IMG/VR virus record: IMGVR_UViG_3300021082_000006
Source: a virus
Length of the DNA stretch: 48,271 nt
Reading direction: 5' to 3' (one strand)
Below the pieces are notes generated by a model. The model was not told the DNA's origin and did not search any database. It saw nothing but the letters and a program-made list of their open reading frames with translations. This document shows positions 15,503 to 22,246 of this stretch, piece by piece. Positions within the stretch are counted from its first letter, which is position 1. Every line of letters starts with the position of its first letter. A program made the position numbers and the translations under genes.

Positions 15503-15536
15503 CCCCAGCCCTCACCCGGCTGGGGTTCTTGCGTTT
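15503..15536 (+). terminator. Rho-independent terminator that ends the early/middle unit.
   Basis: Stem ccccagcc (15503-15510) pairs with ggctgggg (15518-15525). The tail TTCTTGCGTTT has the same TCTTGCGTTT as the terminator at 2785-2823. Confidence 0.7.
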
Positions 15537-15584
15537 CACGCTCCCGCCCCCCAACCTTGTGACTTCTCCACACTTCGAGGACTC

Positions 15585-15920
15585 TTGACCCGCACCCGCC
15601 GGCCTGAAATACCCTTGCATGACCGCGTGCTCATACGCCCCATCCCGCCGGCAGAGCAAACCAAGAGCGGCCTCCACCTGCCCCCCAGCGCCTCAAGCGC
15701 CGAGGTGCCCGCAGTCGGTACCGTGCTGGCCGTGGGCGCCGGCAGGACCACGGACTACGGCCTGACCATCACCGTGCCGGCCCTCGTCAAGCCGGGCGCC
15801 GTCGTGCGCTACGCCAAGCACGCCGGGGTACCAGCCGGCACCGAGGAGGAGCCGTCCCTCGTCCTCGTCCGCGCTGGGGACGTGCTGTCCGTGCTGTGGG
15901 GGGAGGAGGCCGGGCGGTGA
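15585..15920 (+). CDS. groES: GroES-like co-chaperonin (Cpn10).
   Basis: PLHDRVLIRP...TKSGL..P......GTVLAVGAGR...VKPGAVV.Y....G......LVRAGDVLSVL aligns by eye with E. coli GroES. The TTG start is uncertain. Confidence 0.8.
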   Translation: MTRTRRPEIPLHDRVLIRPIPPAEQTKSGLHLPPSASSAEVPAVGTVLAVGAGRTTDYGLTITVPALVKPGAVVRYAKHAGVPAGTEEEPSLVLVRAGDVLSVLWGEEAGR

Positions 15921-16129
15921 CCTCGACCAGGAGGGGAGCGTATGTGCCTGCGCTGTCTGCGAAACGCCGAAGGTGTTCCGTCTGCCGCCGTGACCTCGAG
16001 CCCGACCGCCAGCAACGCCAGTGCCGGCCCTGCCATGCCGCCTACATGCGCCTCTGGCGCGCCCAGCAACGCCAGAACCGCGAAGCCGCCCGAAAGCTGT
16101 CCGCCAGACTCGCCGGGGTGTTGGGGTGA
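15917..16129 (+). CDS. Small Zn-ribbon protein (CSVC...CRPCHAAYMRLWR).
   Basis: GTGA overlaps at both ends. An alternative start GTG 15944 follows an AGGAGG. Confidence 0.5.
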   Translation: MTSTRRGAYVPALSAKRRRCSVCRRDLEPDRQQRQCRPCHAAYMRLWRAQQRQNREAARKLSARLAGVLG

Positions 16130-16734
16130 GTGCGGCTGACGGGGGGGAGGGGCACGCGAAGCGCAGGAAGCCCCGTAAGCCACGCAACCAGCCCGAGGCT
16201 CCCGGTGGTGCCGTGGTGCGGGCGGAGCCCGTAGGGGCACCCCCTGACCTCGAGGAGGACGCCCCCCGGCTCATCACCCTCCCACGCGACCCCAACCCCT
16301 ACCCCCTCGAGGAGCAACTCGAGCGCGCCCTCCAATGGCTCGCCCTGGGCCGCACACTCCGCCAGCTCTGCCGCATCGACCCACGCATGCCCGCCAGCTC
16401 TGACCACCTCCGCGAGAAGTTCGGGGCGAGCGAGGAGCTGAGGGGACGGTACGCGTACGCGAGGGATCGGGGCCTCGATGCCATGGCCGAGGAGCTGTTG
16501 GACGTAGCCGACGACGGGCGCAACGATTGGGTGACCATCGAGCGGGGCGGGAAGCCGGTGCGCGTGGTGGACCGGGAAGCCGTTGCCCGGAGCCAGCTTA
16601 GGGTGGACACCCGGAAGTGGTACCTCTCGAAGCTGGCGCCCAAGCGGTACGGCGACCGGCTGGACGTGACGAGCGGGGGCGAGAAGATCGCGCCTCAGAG
16701 CCTAGTCCTGGGGGATGTGGTGGTCGTGTTCTAG
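16126..16734 (+). CDS. terS: Terminase small subunit.
   Basis: RYAYARDRGLDAMAEELLDVADD...RSQLRVDTRKWYLSKLAPKRYGDR is the characteristic TerS C-terminal motif. Upstream of terL. Confidence 0.75.
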   Translation: MSAADGGEGHAKRRKPRKPRNQPEAPGGAVVRAEPVGAPPDLEEDAPRLITLPRDPNPYPLEEQLERALQWLALGRTLRQLCRIDPRMPASSDHLREKFGASEELRGRYAYARDRGLDAMAEELLDVADDGRNDWVTIERGGKPVRVVDREAVARSQLRVDTRKWYLSKLAPKRYGDRLDVTSGGEKIAPQSLVLGDVVVVF

Positions 16735-16830
16735 TGTCGGGATACTGTCGGCAGGTGATAACCGGATTCTCGGGAAAACACTTCGGGGAGGTGACAGCAT
16801 GGCGACAGTAGAGCTCGAGGGCCTCGAGCG

Positions 16831-17001
16831 GTGAGCGTCCTGCTCCGGCTGCTCCTCCTCGAGGGCGTCCGCCCAGGCGCCGCGGTGCCGGCACCGACCC
16901 CGCCGACCTATGCCGAGCTGGTGCGGGAGAATGACCGGCTCCGCGTCAGCCTCCAGCACATCCAGAGCACGGCGCAGGACGCGCTGGGGCCGAAGCCGTG
17001 A
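16831..17001 (+). CDS. Hypothetical protein (56 aa).
   Basis: Below the track's size cut-off. High GC3. GTGA overlap with the next gene. Confidence 0.45.
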   Translation: MSVLLRLLLLEGVRPGAAVPAPTPPTYAELVRENDRLRVSLQHIQSTAQDALGPKP

Positions 17002-17414
17002 CCGGGGCCGACGAGCTGGCGGCGCTGGCCCGCGCTCGAGCGGAGGCCCTCCGCCGGCTGATGCCTGGCACCCGAGGCCGACGCCGGCAAGACCTCGAGG
17101 CCGGCGCCGTGGCCCTCGAGCTGATGGCCGAGGGCGTGGGCAAGCTGGACCGCGCCGGCCAAAGCCTGGCCGACGCCTTCAACGAGGAAGCCGAGGGGCT
17201 GGCGGTCGAACTCTGCCCGCACTGCCGAGCGGGGAGCGAGCGGACCCCCGCCTACCGCGTGCAGGGCGACGGGGGCTCGATGTGGTGGCACGATGGCGAG
17301 GGCGGCGCGGTCGCGTGCCTCGCAGCCGTCGCGCTCGAGCTGCGCGAGCGCGTCCTCGAGCGGATCGCAGCGCAGGCGCAGGCCGCACGCGGAGCGCGTG
17401 GGCGCGTGATGTGA
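16998..17414 (+). CDS. Hypothetical protein (138 aa).
   Basis: High GC3. The minus-strand ORF 16908..18020 opposite it is Arg/Leu/His low-complexity. Confidence 0.6.
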   Translation: MTGADELAALARARAEALRRLMPGTRGRRRQDLEAGAVALELMAEGVGKLDRAGQSLADAFNEEAEGLAVELCPHCRAGSERTPAYRVQGDGGSMWWHDGEGGAVACLAAVALELRERVLERIAAQAQAARGARGRVM

Positions 17415-17425
17415 GTGGGTGTTTT

Positions 17426-17508
17426 GGGTCCCATCTGGGTCCCATCTGGCACCCCTGACGGTGTGGTCCGGGGGTTGGTGTAGTTGGTTAGGGTCCCATC
17501 TGGGACCC
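17426..17508. repeat. Three copies of the 11-mer GGGTCCCATCT. Two are tandem at 17426-17447. The third (17491-17501) forms the palindrome GGGTCCCA-TC-TGGGACCC (17491-17508).
   Basis: Read directly, in the 117-bp intergenic gap at the left edge of the codon-usage island. Confidence 0.85.
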
Positions 17509-17531
17509 CTCACAGGGGGAGGTATCGCATA

Positions 17532-17930
17532 ATGCAAACGGCGGAGCGTGAAGTAGCGGAGAAGTGGTTGGTGGAGTTGCAGGCGGAGCGGGACGCGTTG
17601 GCGGAGCGGTTGACGCGGATTGCGGCGCATAAGTGGCCGGCTGATGTGACGACGACGGAGCGGGTGTTGATCGAGAACCAGTTGACGGCGATGCAGAGTT
17701 ATTTGCGGTTTTTGGAGAAGCGGCTGGCGATCCACACGAAGGTGGAGGTGGAGGCGGTGAGTCGGGCGGACAAGGCGCAGAAGGAGGCGGAGGAGAAGGA
17801 CGCCTACCGGTACGCGCATGCGGAGGAGCGGGTGGTGAAGGGGCAGAGTCAGGCGGTGGAGGAGAAGTTGGCGGCGGCGCGTGATGCGGCGGACGACGAC
17901 GACGGCCCAGGCGACGAGAAGGAGGACTAG
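17532..17930 (+). CDS. Acidic coiled-coil protein (132 aa).
   Basis: GGGGGAGG SD, then ATG 17532. Leu codons are 9 TTG versus 1 CTG. Confidence 0.65.
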   Translation: MQTAEREVAEKWLVELQAERDALAERLTRIAAHKWPADVTTTERVLIENQLTAMQSYLRFLEKRLAIHTKVEVEAVSRADKAQKEAEEKDAYRYAHAEERVVKGQSQAVEEKLAAARDAADDDDGPGDEKED

Positions 17931-17934
17931 GCGG

Positions 17935-18111
17935 ATGCTGATTTCCCTGGTGGTGGTGCTCATCGTGTTGGGGTTGGTGTTGTGGGGGGTGCAGCAGTTG
18001 CCGTTGGACGCGACGATCAAGCGGTTGATTTACGTGGTGGTGATCATTTTCGCGGTGTTGTACCTGTTGAAGGCGTTCGGGCTGTTGTCTGGGACGGTGC
18101 CGCGGTTGTGA
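17935..18111 (+). CDS. Small two-TM membrane protein (holin-like size and topology).
   Basis: GAAGGAGG SD. MLISLVVVLIVLGLVLWGV...LIYVVVIIFAVLYLL. Confidence 0.6.
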   Translation: MLISLVVVLIVLGLVLWGVQQLPLDATIKRLIYVVVIIFAVLYLLKAFGLLSGTVPRL

Positions 18112-18593
18112 GCCGGGGCCTGGCGTTGGCGTTGGTATACGAGTGCGGCCATGTGGTGGGCGCGGGGCGGGAGCTCGCGCTCAGGGGGGAGTGTCCGGGG
18201 TGCAATGTGGCGCGGTTGTCGGTGGTGTTGGTGGGTCATACACGGGAGGGTCGGCGCATGACGAGGCATCGGGACGGGGTGGAGTCGGGACCGTATCGGT
18301 TCCAGTACCAGTGTGGGCATGTGGTGACGCGGGAGGCGGGGGACCCGGCACCGCCGCGGGGGCCGCAGTGTCCGGCGTGTGTGCAGGCGGCACAGGAGGC
18401 GGCGGCGGTGAGCCGGTCGAGTGATCCGGCGTTGGTGGACCCGGCGGCGGAGCTGATGGAGTGGTTCGAGGAGGGGATCGAGGAGGCGGAGGCGGAGCAG
18501 CGGTCGGAGCTGGCGGCGTGGTTGCGGGTGGGGATGGACCTGGCGCGGATGGCGTTTCACGCCCAGGCCGACGCCGAGCTGGAGCCGAAGTGA
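18108..18593 (+). CDS. Protein with a duplicated Y.CGHVV...CP.C Zn-ribbon-like motif.
   Basis: GTGA overlap. YECGHVVGAGRELALRGECPGC and YQCGHVVTREAGDPAPPRGPQCPAC. Confidence 0.55.
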   Translation: MSRGLALALVYECGHVVGAGRELALRGECPGCNVARLSVVLVGHTREGRRMTRHRDGVESGPYRFQYQCGHVVTREAGDPAPPRGPQCPACVQAAQEAAAVSRSSDPALVDPAAELMEWFEEGIEEAEAEQRSELAAWLRVGMDLARMAFHAQADAELEPK

Positions 18594-18688
18594 TGGTGCG
18601 GCTGTGGCAGGGGGTCCTGGTGCTGCTGGGGTTGGCGGTGGTGGCGCTGATCGGGTGGGCGATCGCGGGGGCGATCGTGGCGCGATGA
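18590..18688 (+). CDS. 32-aa hydrophobic peptide.
   Basis: GTGA and ATGA overlaps. LWQGVLVLLGLAVVALIGWAIAGAIVA. Confidence 0.4.
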   Translation: MMVRLWQGVLVLLGLAVVALIGWAIAGAIVAR

Positions 18689-18948
18689 GCGAGGCCATCG
18701 TGTGGGACGGGTTCGAGGCGGCGTTGCTGGGGACACTCACGTGCCCGGACGGGGTGGAGCGGGCGGTCTACAGCGTGGGGCACATGGTGGACGTGCTGGT
18801 CGAGCGGGACGGCATGACGCCGGAGGACGCGGAGGAGTACCTGGCCTTCAACGTGTTGGGGGCGTATGTGGGGCCGGCGACCCCGTTGCATGTGAGCTGG
18901 ACGTGGCCGTTGGACCTGATGGTGCCGGCGGCGGAGGGGGCGGGATGA
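18685..18948 (+). CDS. Hypothetical protein (87 aa).
   Basis: ATGA overlaps at both ends. Confidence 0.55.
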   Translation: MSEAIVWDGFEAALLGTLTCPDGVERAVYSVGHMVDVLVERDGMTPEDAEEYLAFNVLGAYVGPATPLHVSWTWPLDLMVPAAEGAG

Positions 18949-20450
18949 GCGGGCTCAAGCCGGTGCCCGTGTTCGAGGCGTTCCCGAAGCAGGTGGAGTT
19001 CGTGCAGGCGGTGTTGAGCCGGCAGTACAACTACCTGCTGTACGGGGGGGCGATCCGCGGGGGCAAGACGTGGCTGGGGTTGGCGATCCTGTTGATGTTC
19101 TGCCGGCTGTGGCCGCGGTCGCGCTGGGCGATTGTGCGGAAAGACTTGCCGACGTTGCGGCGCAACATCATTCCGACGTTCGAGAAGATGCGGCCCACGT
19201 CGTTCATGAAGCCGTTGTACCAGGCGGAGTGGACGTACACGGCGGTGAACGGGAGCCAGTTGATCCTGTTCCCGGAGTCGATCAAGGACGACCCCGAGCT
19301 CGAGCGGTGGAAGGGGCTCGAGGTGAACGGGTTCCTGTTGGAGGAGCTCCCGGAGTTGAAGGAGCGGAGTTTCTGGAAGTCGGTGGAGCGAGCGGGGAGC
19401 TGGATCATTCCCGACCTGGCGGTGCAGCCGCCGCCCTATGTCTTGGCGACGTGCAACCCGAGTCCGGGGTTCGTGAAGCGGCTGTTCCGGGACCCGCATC
19501 ATGCGCGGGTGTTGCGCCCGCCGTGGTACTTCTTGCAGGCGAAAGCGAGCGACAACCCGCACATCCCGGAGGAAGTGAAGGAGAGCTGGAAGCACATGCC
19601 GAAGGCGGCGTACGAGCGGTTCGTGAATGGGTCCTGGGACAACATGTCGGGGATGGCGCTGGCGGAGTTGAGCGACAAGCACCACATGGTGACGCCTTTC
19701 CGGGTGCCGGAGTATTGGCGGTGGTACGCGAGCTTCGATTGGGGGTTCAGCCATCCGTGGGTGTTCATGGTGTACGCGACGAACGAGGACGGCGAGGTCT
19801 ACCTGGTGGAGACGATCCGGGGCCGGCGGGACCGGGACGTGGAGATTCTCGACAAGATCGGGAGTCACCTGGAACGGATGAAGCTCCCGAAGAAGCGCCT
19901 CGAGGTGATCTACGCGGGGCACGACTGCTGGCATGACGTGAAGGCGCGCGGGCAGGGGGAGGTGCAGAAGGAGAGCCAGCCGACGACGGCGGAGCGGTTC
20001 GCGGACGTGGGCCTGGCGTTGTCGAAGGCGAACCTGTCGCGGGTGACGGGGCTCAGGAACATGCGCGAGTGGTTGGCCTGGACGCCGATTGAGGAGCACG
20101 GGCCGGAGCGGGTGCCGCGGTTCAGGATGTTCAGGACGCTCAACAACCTGCGGACGTTCGATTCCCTGAGTGAAATGATGTTGGACCCCGACGACCCCGA
20201 GGACGCGCTCAAGACCGATGCCGACCCGGAGAGTGGCGAGGGTGGGGATGATCCGTACGACTGCCTGCGGTACGGGCTGGCGTCGAGGCCCACGGCGGCG
20301 GTGACGCAGTTCGCGGAGGACATTCCGAGTGCCTGGGACCCGGCGGTGCTGGCGTACGAGGCCGACCGGCTGGCGCGGGGACTGCCGCCGGTGCCGGGGC
20401 AGGAGAAGCCGAAGCCGGGGAAAGACCTGGCGGCGGGGGCAGGCTTCTAA
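18945..20450 (+). CDS. terL: Terminase large subunit.
   Basis: Walker A LLYGGAIRGGKT, Walker B-like NGFLLEE, and a C-terminal nuclease-type region (FDWGFSHPWV...D). 501 aa. Confidence 0.85.
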   Translation: MSGLKPVPVFEAFPKQVEFVQAVLSRQYNYLLYGGAIRGGKTWLGLAILLMFCRLWPRSRWAIVRKDLPTLRRNIIPTFEKMRPTSFMKPLYQAEWTYTAVNGSQLILFPESIKDDPELERWKGLEVNGFLLEELPELKERSFWKSVERAGSWIIPDLAVQPPPYVLATCNPSPGFVKRLFRDPHHARVLRPPWYFLQAKASDNPHIPEEVKESWKHMPKAAYERFVNGSWDNMSGMALAELSDKHHMVTPFRVPEYWRWYASFDWGFSHPWVFMVYATNEDGEVYLVETIRGRRDRDVEILDKIGSHLERMKLPKKRLEVIYAGHDCWHDVKARGQGEVQKESQPTTAERFADVGLALSKANLSRVTGLRNMREWLAWTPIEEHGPERVPRFRMFRTLNNLRTFDSLSEMMLDPDDPEDALKTDADPESGEGGDDPYDCLRYGLASRPTAAVTQFAEDIPSAWDPAVLAYEADRLARGLPPVPGQEKPKPGKDLAAGAGF

Positions 20451-20465
20451 CCGGGGGGTGTGACC

Positions 20466-20552
20466 GTGACCTTCTTCTGCCTGATCGTCCTGTTCGTGGT
20501 GCTGCTGGCCGGCGGGTCCGGTGGGCCGTCACGACCTAACACGGGGGTGTGA
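20466..20552 (+). CDS. 28-aa hydrophobic peptide (VTFFCLIVLFVVLLAGGSGG...).
   Basis: GTG preceded by GGGGGTGTGACC. The same context recurs at 20543-20557. Confidence 0.35.
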   Translation: MTFFCLIVLFVVLLAGGSGGPSRPNTGV

Positions 20553-20731
20553 CAGTGGCGCGAGCGACCGAGAAAGAGCTGGCGGCGGCGCGGGCGAAGG
20601 TGGAGATACGGCGGACGGCGATGCGCCAGGCGAGCGCGTTGAAGCTGGCCGCGGTGCAGCGGTTCGAGGAGACGGCCAAGACGGTGGCGGCGGCGGAGAA
20701 GGAGCTCGAGCGCCTGGAGGACCAGCGGTGA
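20549..20731 (+). CDS. Coiled-coil protein (about 58-60 aa).
   Basis: By analogy with the repeated GGGGGTGTGACNGTG context, the start may be GTG 20555. Confidence 0.5.
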   Translation: MTVARATEKELAAARAKVEIRRTAMRQASALKLAAVQRFEETAKTVAAAEKELERLEDQR

Positions 20732-21327
20732 CCATAGGCTACACGCAGCTCTACCCGACCCTGGAGCGGGCAACGATGGTGGCGACGACCGACTACGCGC
20801 AGGACGGGCGGGTGACGGCCTACCAGTGGGTGGACCCGCACCGGGTCCCGCCGGCACCGGTGCGGTATCTTCGCAAAATCTCGTGGTGGCGGGGCGGGGG
20901 CTGGGAGTTGTTCGAGGAGACGAGCGGGCGGTGGACGATCCTGGTGCCGGGGGATTGGCTGGTGGTGGAGCGGATCGGGTGGCGGCGGGTGGCCGAGGGG
21001 GCGTTCCCGCGGCAGTGGACGCCGACCGAGCCGCCGCTCGACGCGCTGCCCGGCTTCGACGCGCCGCGGTACCTGGCGGAGCTGGAGACGCTCGCGATTG
21101 CGGTGCTCAAGACGCTGGACCCCCATCCCTATGCGGTGGTGGGCTACTTGCCGGACGCCACCGGGCTCTGCCTGGTGACCCAGGAGGCGATGTGGAAACT
21201 GGACCTTCCCCATCCGGCGCTGGACCCGGAAACGCAAGTCACCCGGATCACGGAACAGGTAATCGAGAAGTGGGAACAGGCGCGGGGCCGAGCGCCGAGC
21301 GCGATCACAGCGGACGGCACCCTGTAA
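20728..21327 (+). CDS. Hypothetical Trp-rich protein (199 aa).
   Basis: GTGA overlap. G-ending codon bias like terL. Confidence 0.6.
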   Translation: MTIGYTQLYPTLERATMVATTDYAQDGRVTAYQWVDPHRVPPAPVRYLRKISWWRGGGWELFEETSGRWTILVPGDWLVVERIGWRRVAEGAFPRQWTPTEPPLDALPGFDAPRYLAELETLAIAVLKTLDPHPYAVVGYLPDATGLCLVTQEAMWKLDLPHPALDPETQVTRITEQVIEKWEQARGRAPSAITADGTL

Positions 21328-21353
21328 CCGTTCACGTCCTACCGGGGGTTCCA

Positions 21354-21572
21354 ATGGTGCATCTGGGGAATGTCACGCACATCATGGCGCACCATGCGCT
21401 GGACGAGAACCAGGTTGAGGCGGTGGGGAAGGTCCGGGACGCCGCGAAGGCGCTGGCCCTGGTGATCCTCGAGGTGGTGCCGACGTGTCCCGACCAGCAG
21501 GTGGCGTTGCGGCGCGTGCGGGAAGCCATGATGAACGCCAACGTCGCCATTGCGCTCCGGGGGGACGGATGA
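21354..21572 (+). CDS. Small helical-hairpin protein. Possibly a member of the phage family that includes the Acb2/Tad1-type hairpin. Tentative.
   Basis: H..LDENQVEAVGKVRDAAKALALVILEVVPTCPDQQVALRRVREAMMNANVAIA fits my recollection of the pattern P.s.e..lAl..leEA.MwAN.aIa. Confidence 0.3.
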   Translation: MVHLGNVTHIMAHHALDENQVEAVGKVRDAAKALALVILEVVPTCPDQQVALRRVREAMMNANVAIALRGDG

Positions 21573-21817
21573 AGATGAAGCACCGTCCGCCCAAGTCGGC
21601 CCCGGTGACGTTTGCCGAGTGGCGGAAGCCGGAGCACGCCCACAAGCTGGTGACCCGCGGGGAGCTCCTGTATTTCCTCGACCAGCAGGCGACCTTCCTG
21701 GAGCGCCGGCGCCCGATGAAGCGCCTCTCGATCTTCCTGGGCGACCAGGTGCTCCGCTACCGGAACTGGCTGGTTCACCGCCGGCGGGCGAAGCTGGATG
21801 CTGCGACCCGTGCCTGA
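21569..21817 (+). CDS. Hypothetical basic protein (82 aa).
   Basis: ATGA overlap. Confidence 0.5.
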   Translation: MKMKHRPPKSAPVTFAEWRKPEHAHKLVTRGELLYFLDQQATFLERRRPMKRLSIFLGDQVLRYRNWLVHRRRAKLDAATRA

Positions 21818-22124
21818 GTGGGTGGTGGGGGTCCTGGCCCTGGCGGCATTCGTCGCGGGCGGCGGGATGGGCTGGGCTGGGGGCTACATGACGGGCCGGC
21901 GGCACGCGGACAACATCCGGGCGACGGGCCTCCCCACGATCAGTGCCAAGCCGGTCGTCCGCCGGGACGCCGAGACGCGAAGCATCAGCCCGCAGAGCAA
22001 GCGGGACCTGGCCGAGGGCCTGGCGACCATCGCCCGGAGTGAGGGCCGGCCCGTCAACATGAAGGACCTGGAGCGGGAAGCCGAGCGCATCCTCCAGTCC
22101 GAAATGGAACCGCCCACCGTGTAA
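21798..22124 (+). CDS. Membrane-anchored protein with an N-terminal TM helix.
   Basis: WVVGVLALAAFVAGGGMGWAGGY, followed by a hydrophilic domain. Confidence 0.55.
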   Translation: MLRPVPEWVVGVLALAAFVAGGGMGWAGGYMTGRRHADNIRATGLPTISAKPVVRRDAETRSISPQSKRDLAEGLATIARSEGRPVNMKDLEREAERILQSEMEPPTV

Positions 22125-22127
22125 TTG

Positions 22128-22156
22128 TTGACCCTAGCCTGGGCAAACCGTAGTTT
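22128..22156 (+). promoter_or_regulatory. Candidate promoter upstream of the portal gene: -35 TTGACC (22128-22133), 17-nt spacer, -10 TAGTTT (22151-22156).
   Basis: Lies in the lower-GC 122-bp gap. The -10 matches only the T1, A2 and T6 positions. Confidence 0.35.
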
Positions 22157-22246
22157 CGGGGATGAGGTGGAGCGTTTTTAGACGCCCAACTGCCCCCGGA
22201 GCCACCAAATGTTTGACACCCGCCTGCGCCTTGCCCCGGCGCCGAC

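Noticed and set aside
15942-16139. An alternative ORF (MCLRCLRNAEG..., 65 aa) with an AGGAGG SD 7 nt upstream of its ATG.
   Set aside because: The overlapping frame 15917..16129 gives a coherent CxxC...CxxCH Zn-ribbon plus helix. It is also stitched to both neighbours by GTGA overlaps. The same AGGAGG could serve GTG 15944 in that frame. The alternative is kept only as a caveat.
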